From the IMG/VR virus record IMGVR_UViG_3300042384_000211, positions 32,001-96,000 of that record: 64,000 bases of DNA. The stretch is one strand, 5' to 3'. This document shows positions 50,372 to 59,622 of the stretch, piece after piece. Both the position numbers and the translations under genes were made by a program. The notes under the pieces were generated by a model. The model searched no databases, had not been told where the DNA came from, and saw only the letters and a list, made by a program, of their open reading frames with translations. Numbering within the stretch: the stretch's first letter is position 1; the number at the start of each line of letters is the position of its first letter. The stretch comes from a virus.

Positions 50372-51799
50372 TTAGAAGTTGTACTGCAATTGCACACGTA
50401 GGGCATCTGCTTTAAAGTTAGCATAGTCTTGTTTTGCTATTGTAGTAGCAGTTGCTCCTGTTACTAAATTGCTACGGTTCATCATATGATAGTAAGCCAC
50501 AAGTTCAACTTCTGGAGCAATTTGCCATTCAGCTCCTATCTCCCAATCGTTAACCTTGTTCATCGGTGAGTTAGTTTCTGCTTTTGACGCACCATCAAAG
50601 TATTGCCATCTAACAAATGGAATTAAAGTACCATTAGTATCTAACACTTTGAAGTTGTCAATCTTATACATAGTTTGAATGTAGCCACCGTTTAAGTTAG
50701 TTTCTTTGATAATACCATCAGTGCTAGCAGTAGTATCTAAGCCAGGAGTTTTACCCCAGTTCCACTCACCTTGTAGACCTAATGGCTGTGGGTACATCAT
50801 AAAACTTACACCCACACGTTGATCTTTAAAACCAGTTGTGTTGCCTGCTTCTAATGTTGGTGTTTTAGTTGCGTAAACATTGTTGCCCATATTTTTTCTA
50901 TATGCACTACCTGTTCTTACATACTTGCCCGAGTAACCTTGTACACCAGCTTCGTAGATTTGACCGCTTTCGGTTTTCCATGGGTAAGTAGCACGTGCCA
51001 CAACGTGGTAGTTGTCATTACGATCTTGTTGGTTAGCACCTTGACCATTATAAACACCCAAGGCAACCATACCGTAGTTACCCGAATGTTTTAAACCGCC
51101 GTCTTGAATTTCTTTAAAGAGCTTTTGAACGTTGTCCGGTGTGTAGTAATAAAACGCACCCAAATCACGCTCGTCACGTACTGCACTATTAAATGCGTCA
51201 GCGCGATCAAGTGCTAGACGATTTTGTGAAGATTGTAAGTTTTCAAAGCCATATGGTACTTTACTTTGTCCAACACGAACGCGGTGTACTTTGTCTTTGG
51301 TCAAGTTAACATCACCATAAGCATCACGCAGTTGCGCTACGTTACCTGTGGTACCTGCTGTACTAGCAAAGTCAGGTTGAATATAATAATCCAAACGCTC
51401 ACCAGCTGAACCAGAAATGATCACACGTGCTCGACGGATAAGAAAGTTTTTGTCTTGATCAGCAAGAGAGTTTTTATTACCTACAGATCGATCTGACCAA
51501 AGGTTGACTCCTTCGTCACCACTAAGCATAGTAGTATTGCGCACTTGTAAATAGCCACGAATGTTCATTTTACTAGCCGCATGTACAGTGGTATCTTTTT
51601 CTTTTTTAACTGCGCCTATTTCACCAGTATGGCCTTTGTTTAGCAGTGCGCCTTCTTCTTCTGTAAGTACACCTTTCATAACCAGTGCATTAACAATGTC
51701 TGTGGTACTGTCTGCGTGAGCTTGTTTTAATCCTGCCATTGATAGTGCAAATGCTATTACTACATAATACATTATTGATTTAACTTGTTGTATGGTCAT
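50372..51799 (-). CDS. phosphate-selective porin (OprO/OprP-like)
   Basis: signal peptide, LVMKGVLTEEE N-terminal helix, IRRAR, GQSKVPYGFE, RDLG, C-terminal Phe. Confidence 0.8.
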   Translation of the reverse strand: MTIQQVKSIMYYVVIAFALSMAGLKQAHADSTTDIVNALVMKGVLTEEEGALLNKGHTGEIGAVKKEKDTTVHAASKMNIRGYLQVRNTTMLSGDEGVNLWSDRSVGNKNSLADQDKNFLIRRARVIISGSAGERLDYYIQPDFASTAGTTGNVAQLRDAYGDVNLTKDKVHRVRVGQSKVPYGFENLQSSQNRLALDRADAFNSAVRDERDLGAFYYYTPDNVQKLFKEIQDGGLKHSGNYGMVALGVYNGQGANQQDRNDNYHVVARATYPWKTESGQIYEAGVQGYSGKYVRTGSAYRKNMGNNVYATKTPTLEAGNTTGFKDQRVGVSFMMYPQPLGLQGEWNWGKTPGLDTTASTDGIIKETNLNGGYIQTMYKIDNFKVLDTNGTLIPFVRWQYFDGASKAETNSPMNKVNDWEIGAEWQIAPEVELVAYYHMMNRSNLVTGATATTIAKQDYANFKADALRVQLQYNF

Positions 51800-51836
51800 T
51801 AATATTCCCCTTATATATATTATTTAAACACACAAA

Positions 51837-51865
51837 GATTACAGTAATGTTACAAATAGATTAAA
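51837..51865 (-). promoter_or_regulatory. Pho-box-like direct repeats
   Basis: TTTAATC-N4-TGTAACA-N4-TGTAATC at 11-nt period, upstream of the porin. Confidence 0.65.
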
Positions 51866-51885
51866 TTTTTAATACACATAGCCAA

Positions 51886-51912
51886 AATAAAACCCGCCTC
51901 AGCGGGTTTATT
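51886..51912 (-). terminator. intrinsic terminator
   Basis: AAACCCGC-CTCA-GCGGGTTT. Confidence 0.8.
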
Positions 51913-51924
51913 GTTTTGAAGTAG

Positions 51925-52086
51925 TTAGATCCTAACCACTGACCACTTACCATTGAACGGCTTACCTTCGGCCTTGTGTTTCAGTATCTTCGTAAACTCT
52001 TTTTTCTTAAGTTTAACAATGGTTTCTGTATCATGGTCGAGACAAGCACGATATAACTTAGTGAGTAATTTACTCTGTTTCATCAT
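51925..52086 (-). CDS. 53-aa basic protein (not in ORF track)
   Basis: MMKQSKLLTKLYRACLDHD...KWSVVRI; AGGAGG RBS; followed by a terminator. Confidence 0.7.
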   Translation of the reverse strand: MMKQSKLLTKLYRACLDHDTETIVKLKKKEFTKILKHKAEGKPFNGKWSVVRI

Positions 52087-52157
52087 GATGTCCTCCTTGT
52101 GTACTATTTACACTAATTGTTAAAATAAAAGATTACAATTTAGATTACATATAGATT

Positions 52158-52184
52158 AAAAAAGCCCCAGTTAAGGGGCTTTTT
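52158..52184 (-). terminator. terminator of porin gene
   Basis: AAAAAAGCCCC-AGTTAA-GGGGCTTTTT. Confidence 0.85.
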
Positions 52185-52208
52185 AATTATTAGACTAAGA
52201 AGTAAATC

Positions 52209-53420
52209 TTAGAAGAATAAGATAGCACCTGCTGATACTGAACGTGATTTACCTTCTGCACCGTTTTGTGCTTCTGATTTAACGTCTGAGTATTCAGCAA
52301 CTAAGTTCACGTGTTTTGTGAGTGGGTGATAAGCACCAACAGTCCACATTTCGTTTTTCGAAACTAAAGCTGTAGCTGTTTCGCCACTGTTACGATCTAA
52401 TTTACTTTGACCATAACTTAGACCAAGTTTGGTAGCAGTAGGCAATGTGTATGTACCTTGCACGTAGCCGCCATTTGAATCACGACGTTTACCTGTAGCA
52501 TCAAAGCCGTCTAGTAATTGTAGTGAACGGCCAATACCTTTACCATCAAAGTAGTAAGCAGTTAACCCGTATGGACCAGCAGACAAGTTTGTACCAACGT
52601 CCCATGCATAAGCACGGCTGTCGGCGTTAGCACCAGATAGGCCTTCAACTTTTTGTGAAATAGCACTTGACCAAACTTTAGCAGCAATAGGGCCTGCTAG
52701 TGAGTAAGATACTTTACCTTCGAATGCTGGTTGAGCGCCGCCACGTCCTGTTGAAGTAGCTGAAGCAGCTTGTACACCTGCTGTTACTGCATTTAAGTCA
52801 GCTGTTTGAGCATTCCATGCTTGTGTTACACCAGCAGTGAATTGGAAGCCGTCGAAGTTTGGTGATGTGTAGGCAACTTGTGATTTCCAGTCAGCGTACA
52901 TATAACCAGTCCCAATACGACCTAACGTTGTTGTGTTACCAGCTAGTGCACCAGCGCCTGCACCAACACCCAGCAATGTCATGTCGTTAAGGATTGCATC
53001 AGAAGCGTAGATACCTAAATCTTTACCTAGTTTTACACTACCCCATGATTTATCACCGATGGTTAAGAATGCTTGACGATTTTCTTGGTTAGCTGTTTGA
53101 ATACCGGCTTGTGTTGTAGAAGCACCCGGATTGATAGCAATTGTAAAACCGATGTCTAGATCATTTTGACGTGACTTACCAGAAACTGATAATACGTTTG
53201 GTAATAAACCAGTTGTGATATTTGATTCGTTACGTTGACCTGTAGCATTAGGTCCACCTAGACCACCAACTACTGCACTGCCTGTGCCGCGTGTGTTTGT
53301 GTAGTAAGCGTTTACAACGCCACCGATGTCTAGTGTCCAATCACCAGCTGGAATTTGAATGCCAGCGTGAGCAGTTGAATACATACTTGCTAATAATGTT
53401 GCTAATAATAATTTCTTCAT
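52209..53420 (-). CDS. outer membrane porin (Gram-negative type)
   Basis: MKKLLL signal peptide with AAGGAG RBS, amphipathic beta strands, C-terminal Phe. Confidence 0.85.
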   Translation of the reverse strand: MKKLLLATLLASMYSTAHAGIQIPAGDWTLDIGGVVNAYYTNTRGTGSAVVGGLGGPNATGQRNESNITTGLLPNVLSVSGKSRQNDLDIGFTIAINPGASTTQAGIQTANQENRQAFLTIGDKSWGSVKLGKDLGIYASDAILNDMTLLGVGAGAGALAGNTTTLGRIGTGYMYADWKSQVAYTSPNFDGFQFTAGVTQAWNAQTADLNAVTAGVQAASATSTGRGGAQPAFEGKVSYSLAGPIAAKVWSSAISQKVEGLSGANADSRAYAWDVGTNLSAGPYGLTAYYFDGKGIGRSLQLLDGFDATGKRRDSNGGYVQGTYTLPTATKLGLSYGQSKLDRNSGETATALVSKNEMWTVGAYHPLTKHVNLVAEYSDVKSEAQNGAEGKSRSVSAGAILFF

Positions 53421-53571
53421 TACGATACTTCTCCTTTTATTGGATAACACTAATATGTTATACTATCAGTGTATAGTATTTATAATGATGTGTCAACCTT
53501 TTGTTGTTTTTTGATAACATTGTTGTAAAAATACAACAGTTATTAATACCGTTACAGTATCGATTCTGCTG

Positions 53572-54927
53572 TTATTGCCCTTGTATTACAGTTATTGCCT
53601 GACAGGCACTAGCGCAACTACTATTAATACTGTAAAACTGTTGCACTGTACCTTGCTGATTTAAGTTTAAACTTCTAGCACCTGCTCCACTTAGAGTAAT
53701 GTCAGCCATGTGTGCAGCACTGCCCTGTTGAGTTATGTCTACTGTCTTATTACCGCCACTTACTGTCAAATCTAAGTGGTGATTGCCTGCGTCTTTCTGC
53801 AAGACCGAGACTGTATTAGCATTATTGTTAACTGTCGCGTATACACCCTTGGCGCCGCCTGTACTCTGCTGGATAACATCAACGTTATTATTGTTACCGA
53901 GAATATTTAAATCGGTATAGTTTGCAACAGTTGACGCTGTACCAGATTGGGTTATATCAACTGTATTTGAACTACCATTTCCGTAGTAGTCAACATAGTT
54001 ATTTCTTGTGCCGGTTTGATTTACCACAATGGTATTGTTGTTGCCTATCTGTTCAATGTACACCTGACTGTCCTGTGTTGTCCTATTGATAAAGGCCTGC
54101 ATAGAAGCTGATTTTTCAACGTCTATAGAAAAGGCGGCTGAACTACCGCCACAACATAAACTAGGAGCAACTGGTTCTGCAGGTGGAGCAGTAGACCCGG
54201 CATTAGGAGCCACAGCACCAAATGTCTGCCCATTCAATGCAGTAGTGCCCTGAATTTCATCTATAAACAACATCGGGCTTAGTGCTGTATCACCAAGATT
54301 AAATGAGGCAAATCCTAATATGTACGTACCAGTTTCTGGCACTGTAAAGCGAGCCTGTTGCCACCCAGTTGAACCATAAGAACCTGTAGCATAGTTACCT
54401 GTACCAGGATTAGTAAATCCCAGTAGAGCATAGCGTTGTTGACTGTTGTTTAAGTTAGGAGTAATACCACCATTGGTAGCATGTGTCAGAGTCATCATAC
54501 TGCCGTCATTAAAGGGTGTATAGTCCGTACTTAAATAATTCCAACCAAATGTATATGTGGTTCCTGCTTGTAGAGATATTTCTCGTTTGATCCAAGAAGC
54601 ATTAGTAGGAGTAGCATTACCACCACCTCCATTTTGACTTTGAAATGTTAAGTAGTTTCTTATGGCTGTATTTTCTACTGAAGTTAATCCTAACTGAGTA
54701 GTGGCCGTATTGAACTGCACACTGCCTGTGGGTTGAAGACGACCCATCTTTGTACCATAAGGATTCACTGTCCAATTCTTTCCGCCACCGGGACTGACAC
54801 TGGTAGTGCCCAATACTGTAACATCACCGCCGCTTGCGGTCCAGCCAGTTAAATTGCCAGACTCAAACCCCAACTGGGCCAGAGCATTATTACATATGAA
54901 TAACATAACAAGTGCAATTAATCTCAT
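53572..54927 (-). CDS. secreted protein with N-terminal beta-sandwich domain and C-terminal curlin-like repeats
   Basis: signal peptide; repeats IEQIGNNNTIVVNQTG and ITQQG. Confidence 0.75.
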   Translation of the reverse strand: MRLIALVMLFICNNALAQLGFESGNLTGWTASGGDVTVLGTTSVSPGGGKNWTVNPYGTKMGRLQPTGSVQFNTATTQLGLTSVENTAIRNYLTFQSQNGGGGNATPTNASWIKREISLQAGTTYTFGWNYLSTDYTPFNDGSMMTLTHATNGGITPNLNNSQQRYALLGFTNPGTGNYATGSYGSTGWQQARFTVPETGTYILGFASFNLGDTALSPMLFIDEIQGTTALNGQTFGAVAPNAGSTAPPAEPVAPSLCCGGSSAAFSIDVEKSASMQAFINRTTQDSQVYIEQIGNNNTIVVNQTGTRNNYVDYYGNGSSNTVDITQSGTASTVANYTDLNILGNNNNVDVIQQSTGGAKGVYATVNNNANTVSVLQKDAGNHHLDLTVSGGNKTVDITQQGSAAHMADITLSGAGARSLNLNQQGTVQQFYSINSSCASACQAITVIQGQ

Positions 54928-56012
54928 CTGCGTAACACTCCAGAATTCTGTTTAATACGCACTACATTACCACCCGGATCACCCGAACCAATTATAGCCG
55001 AAGCTATGTTGTCATCATGTGTAATTTCAATCGAAGTATTACTTTCGTAGCCCTGTGTTTTAACTTCAGCATAGTGATCTTCGCTTTGGCGGAACGCAAC
55101 GCCTCGACCACGTGCTTGAATAGTATCACCGTCGGGTCGTTCCCATCTCACACAGATATTAGTTGTTGGATTACAACCGGTTTTGCCGCTATCGAAACTG
55201 TAAGGTAGTACCACAGCCTTAGCGTCGGGTTCGTTGTCCATACGCTGTGACATTTGACTGACCTGTATAGCTTCCAATTCTTCTTGTTCTAGTTCGCGTT
55301 TACTTTTTGCCGCGTCTTTACTAGCTCGAATAATTTCTGGCGGGCGAGCAATAATAAGACTGTTGCCAATCTTACCTTCAACTGTATTAATAATAACCGG
55401 AGGACTAGGCATCATGTTAGCACTGGTTACATAGGTACCTTCAAATGCTTTGTCTAGGGTAACTATGCCAGCAAGTGTACTGACTTCAATCTTGCCTACT
55501 TTACATAAGTTTTCTTCTAGCTCGTATTCTTTGATCTTTTCGCCTTCTTTACAGCTAGGTACAAGAATTACTAGACTCTGCCCTGCTTCGTCTACAGTCA
55601 TGTTAAAGTCTGTACCTCGAACAGCAATTGATGCTGTGGGGGTTTTAATGTCTACTCGTTGTGGATTATTTTTAGCAATTTGTCCACTGGCATAACGTAC
55701 TGTGCCCATACCTACTTTAAGAGCTAGCTTGCCTGCATCGGATTTTTTAGGATCAAAAACAAAGTCGTCTATCATTAGTCGACTGTTTTCTGTTATTTTT
55801 ACTTTGGTGTCATCTTTAAATGTAATGTTGCTAACACAGCCGCCTGTAACATAGGTATCCATACTTTCTATGGCGGCACCTTTATTACCAGGCAGGGTCT
55901 GTTTAGCACGCTCTATTGAGCAAGCGGTACCTTTAGTATCGCTTACTGTCCCAATGCCCGCCCATGCGTTAGTAACTGCTACTAAGCATGCTATTGCAAG
56001 CAATAGTTTCAT
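54924..56012 (-). CDS. FecR-domain periplasmic protein
   Basis: F.D.TKVKITENS.L.ID, KTPTASIAVRGTDF. Confidence 0.85.
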   Translation of the reverse strand: MKLLLAIACLVAVTNAWAGIGTVSDTKGTACSIERAKQTLPGNKGAAIESMDTYVTGGCVSNITFKDDTKVKITENSRLMIDDFVFDPKKSDAGKLALKVGMGTVRYASGQIAKNNPQRVDIKTPTASIAVRGTDFNMTVDEAGQSLVILVPSCKEGEKIKEYELEENLCKVGKIEVSTLAGIVTLDKAFEGTYVTSANMMPSPPVIINTVEGKIGNSLIIARPPEIIRASKDAAKSKRELEQEELEAIQVSQMSQRMDNEPDAKAVVLPYSFDSGKTGCNPTTNICVRWERPDGDTIQARGRGVAFRQSEDHYAEVKTQGYESNTSIEITHDDNIASAIIGSGDPGGNVVRIKQNSGVLRR

Positions 56013-56015
56013 TGA

Positions 56016-56801
56016 CTATCTCACTATTGCTGATACTGGACTTACTATAGCGCCGCTACTCGAACGAACAGTAATTGTATTATTATTACCGGTTGTGCTG
56101 ATATTAAATGTAGTATCATTTGTACCTTGTTGCTGTGTAGTAATACTGTTAAAATCACCTGTAGTTGAGGTAACTAAACTATGACCAGCACTACCTGCAG
56201 CATCAATTTGTTGTATATTGAATATGTTGTTACTACCACTAATAGTGTTGGTAATATCAGCGTTGCTAGTAGTTACAGTAGTGGTCAATTGGTTACTACC
56301 ACCGTTAATAGTAGTTGATAATGCATTATCACTACCAACAATATTAGTAATCAACATATTAGTACTACCAGTAACAGTTTCAGTAACAGTATTACGCATA
56401 CCATTAGTGTTAGTATCACCGATTGTAAGTTTGCTTTGATTACCGTCACCAGTTAGAGTACTTGTAAAGCTATTATTTCCACCTTTGATGTTGTACTGTG
56501 ATTGGTTATCATCGCCGGTTTGTGTAATAGTAACACCGTTATTGCTACCGTTAATTGTAGCATAATTACTTGTACTAGGTGCTGTTACTGTTAATGTACT
56601 TAGACCTGTTGCGTCAACTGCTACACTACCAGCAATACCACCAACATCGTTTGTGCCGCCGACTTGTTCAATTGTAACAATATTGGTGCTACCTAATTGT
56701 TCAATGTAAACACGGTTAGGTCCTGTTGGACCTGCGGCCATCAATGATGTTGATAACGCTAAAAACATCATACTTACTGTTGCTTTTAAATTATATTTCA
56801 T
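56016..56801 (-). CDS. curlin-repeat (CsgA/CsgB-like) secreted protein
   Basis: signal peptide; repeated Q.G..N units. Confidence 0.75.
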   Translation of the reverse strand: MKYNLKATVSMMFLALSTSLMAAGPTGPNRVYIEQLGSTNIVTIEQVGGTNDVGGIAGSVAVDATGLSTLTVTAPSTSNYATINGSNNGVTITQTGDDNQSQYNIKGGNNSFTSTLTGDGNQSKLTIGDTNTNGMRNTVTETVTGSTNMLITNIVGSDNALSTTINGGSNQLTTTVTTSNADITNTISGSNNIFNIQQIDAAGSAGHSLVTSTTGDFNSITTQQQGTNDTTFNISTTGNNNTITVRSSSGAIVSPVSAIVR

Positions 56802-56834
56802 CGTCGTGCTCCTTGGATTTTTAAAATCCTATTA

Positions 56835-57701
56835 TTATTTTATTGTTTCTAACAGCGGGTATGTTATACCATCTGTTTGTACTACAGGCTTAGGTTCTTC
56901 TTTGTAAGACCAATGCCCTTTACGAACCCCTTCTCGAATAGTAGCAATCACGGCCGCTTTTACTGCTAGGCTTGTTGCTTTATTGATACTTTCATTGATA
57001 CTCATACCAGTTTCAGCTTCGACGGCTTTTGTGCCTTCTTCAACAAACTTTAATACACCAAGTTTGTCCATGTAGCTTAATACTGTTTTAGTAACTGTTA
57101 CAGTTGTTAATACTTCACCTGTATTAACACTTACTGTTCTTAATGTAACCGTTACTGTATCACTTTGGTATTGCGTTTGTGCGCCAATACCTAGTATACG
57201 AACACCACTACCACCCGTAAGCAGGTTACTATCGTAGCCTGTTATACTTCCTTCAACAATAACACCAGCAAACATCATTGGTGGTAATGCCTTAGCTTCA
57301 CGACCTTGATATTGTTCACGCATCTGACGAATCATCTGACGTTCTTTAATCAAATTGTCTAACCCTACACGTTCTAACACAGTAAACCAACGTTGGTCGC
57401 CTACATCTTGTAGGGCGCCAATTAGGTATGCTTCTGCACCTTGCGATACTGCTGTACTAAAACTAGCCACGTTGGGTACATTTTTACGCTGTCCGGTTTT
57501 ATCTAAGAAACTATATACTGCTACCGGAACGGGGCCGCCGCTCGGAGGTAATACCTTATTCTCTGGTTTAGTAAAGTATGTTTCACGTACTATCTCAGGT
57601 TTATCAAATTGCTCACTTGTTATTTGTTCACGGATAGCACTACTTGTTGCACATCCTGTTAACAGTGCGGTTATTAATAAGGATATAAGTGTTTTATTCA
57701 T
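56835..57701 (-). CDS. csgG: curli secretion channel CsgG-like lipoprotein
   Basis: lipobox LTGC; AVYSFLDKTGQRK, FSTAVSQGA, WFTVLERVGLDNLIKERQ. Confidence 0.9.
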   Translation of the reverse strand: MNKTLISLLITALLTGCATSSAIREQITSEQFDKPEIVRETYFTKPENKVLPPSGGPVPVAVYSFLDKTGQRKNVPNVASFSTAVSQGAEAYLIGALQDVGDQRWFTVLERVGLDNLIKERQMIRQMREQYQGREAKALPPMMFAGVIVEGSITGYDSNLLTGGSGVRILGIGAQTQYQSDTVTVTLRTVSVNTGEVLTTVTVTKTVLSYMDKLGVLKFVEEGTKAVEAETGMSINESINKATSLAVKAAVIATIREGVRKGHWSYKEEPKPVVQTDGITYPLLETIK

Positions 57702-57710
57702 GTATATTCC

Positions 57711-58208
57711 TTAAAAATAAAATGAGCCTGCAGGCACTTTCATTGTTGTAATATTATTAACGTTAGCTAGGTCCTGTATAGTGATGATAATTAACCCATT
57801 ATCATTACCTGCACCCAAACTCCATTGAATACTATTTCCGCCTAAGTTTGGAATATTACCGCATACTACACCCGCTGTAGTACAAGTAGCACCTTCTCCA
57901 AACATACTGTCAGTTAGTTGTTTAGCCAACTGACTATAAATTCTTGATTCCAGATTAGCAATAAAGCGTGCCTGCGGAGTATTAAGTGCAGCAGATTCTG
58001 CTTTATCTCGAATAGCTTCTGCGGCAGATTCGCGCTTGTCTTTTGCTTGATCCTCTAATTGTTTAATCGTAAGGGCATGTATACCAAATCCTTGTCCGTG
58101 AAATGCCGGACTATTAAAGGTGTGTACCATTTCTGCGGCCTGCGCAATATTAGCGCCAGCAGTTAGCACGACGACCATTAAAAGATTGTAGAACATAGAT
58201 TTAATCAT
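57711..58208 (-). CDS. csgF: CsgF-like curli assembly protein
   Basis: signal peptide followed by MVHTFNSPAFHG; F..NLESRIYSQLAKQL...MFGE; directly upstream of csgG. Confidence 0.75.
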   Translation of the reverse strand: MIKSMFYNLLMVVVLTAGANIAQAAEMVHTFNSPAFHGQGFGIHALTIKQLEDQAKDKRESAAEAIRDKAESAALNTPQARFIANLESRIYSQLAKQLTDSMFGEGATCTTAGVVCGNIPNLGGNSIQWSLGAGNDNGLIIITIQDLANVNNITTMKVPAGSFYF

Positions 58209-58279
58209 GTGAAAGCCCCTGTTAGTATTATTTAACGGGGGCTCATTGATAAATTATAGTGTATTATTACTTAACCGTT

Positions 58280-58606
58280 TTAGTCGGATACTACTGCTTC
58301 TGCTTCGTTAATACGTCTGATAATTTCTTCGTAAAATGTATCTACCTCACCACCAAATTTACCTATTAGATAATTAGCAGCATCTCGACAGTAACTATAC
58401 TGTTTAGACTGGTATCCGTTAATAAACTCATGATGTAATTTAACCCACGATTCTAATTGTGGCATGTCAGTTAGCGTTATTTTATCTGCAGGTATAACAC
58501 AAAATACTGCCAATGGTTGGCCTTCGACATCTATTGTTTCTAGATCTAGTACTGTGTATTTTTCTCGGAGTTTTCCTGCATTTTCTTTACCGAATATAAT
58601 TTCCAT
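58280..58606 (-). CDS. stand-alone protein resembling the C-terminal tail of the class III cyclase
   Basis: aligns by eye with the last ~100 aa of 45088..47100. Confidence 0.55.
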   Translation of the reverse strand: MEIIFGKENAGKLREKYTVLDLETIDVEGQPLAVFCVIPADKITLTDMPQLESWVKLHHEFINGYQSKQYSYCRDAANYLIGKFGGEVDTFYEEIIRRINEAEAVVSD

Positions 58607-59143
58607 TTATCTTTTCTCCGTAATGCCTGCTTGTTTGTACACATATTGTACTGCCTGTGCTTGACTTACTGCGTCTTCTAATGCATTGTGTAGGCCTGCT
58701 TTGTTCTTTTCACGTGGGTCACCTAGACTACTTAATAAGGTGCGACTGTCTCGAATCTGCCAAAACTGCCACGGACATGGTAAGCCCATCTGACGATATA
58801 GGTTCTCTAAAATAACAATGTCAAACACAGGACCCTGTGCCCAGATATTATCTGCCCCTACTATAAATCTATTTAATTCTTTTGAAAACTGTTCTAACGA
58901 GATACGATTACCTTCACCAAGTGCTTCTTCACGGACATCTTCTGCTTGATTACCCCACCAAGCAATAGTATTATCATCAACGTGACGCCCTAAGGTGATT
59001 TGCTCATCGATGTCAATACGGAAGTAGATACCGTCTACAATGTCATTTTGATTGTAAGGACTAAACTTGCAAGCACCAAATGTACAGATAGTAGCATCTG
59101 GGCGGGTTGACAAAGTTTCCAAATCGATCATTATATCGGACAT
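58607..59143 (-). CDS. DEDDh 3'-5' exonuclease
   Basis: MIDLETL, WAQGPVFD, RDSRT, HNALEDA. Confidence 0.9.
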   Translation of the reverse strand: MSDIMIDLETLSTRPDATICTFGACKFSPYNQNDIVDGIYFRIDIDEQITLGRHVDDNTIAWWGNQAEDVREEALGEGNRISLEQFSKELNRFIVGADNIWAQGPVFDIVILENLYRQMGLPCPWQFWQIRDSRTLLSSLGDPREKNKAGLHNALEDAVSQAQAVQYVYKQAGITEKR

Positions 59144-59622
59144 TATTTGTCACCTTTCAATAATTTTACAGTTTCAGCATGTGCTACACGTTTACGCAAA
59201 CTTGAACTAGAGAAACTGTGATCGCGACCATTAAACACTAGTTCAATGCCACGCACAAAACATTCTGCTTTTCCGGTAAACTCACTGTGCTCATATTCTA
59301 CACCTAGGATACGTACATCTAACGGCAATATTAATAACAGGTCAATTAGGTCTTGTTCTGTTTGATAGATTGCAACTTCATCTACATAACGACACGCGGC
59401 TAATTGGATCTGACGTTCAACAATACTTTGAATAGGTTTATTCTTAGTATCAGGACGGTCGATAGTTGGATCTGTTTGTAGGCCACAAATTAGGTAATCG
59501 CAGTGATTTTTAGCTTCACTTAGCATGGCTATATGCCCGGCGTGCAACATGTCAAAGGTACTAAAGGTTATGCCAATTTTTTTACCATCGGCTTTGAGTT
59601 CTTTGATTTTGTTAAAGATCAT
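59143..59622 (-). CDS. cytidylyltransferase (TagD-like)
   Basis: FDMLHAGH (HxGH), SSSSLR. Confidence 0.88.
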   Translation of the reverse strand: MIFNKIKELKADGKKIGITFSTFDMLHAGHIAMLSEAKNHCDYLICGLQTDPTIDRPDTKNKPIQSIVERQIQLAACRYVDEVAIYQTEQDLIDLLLILPLDVRILGVEYEHSEFTGKAECFVRGIELVFNGRDHSFSSSSLRKRVAHAETVKLLKGDK

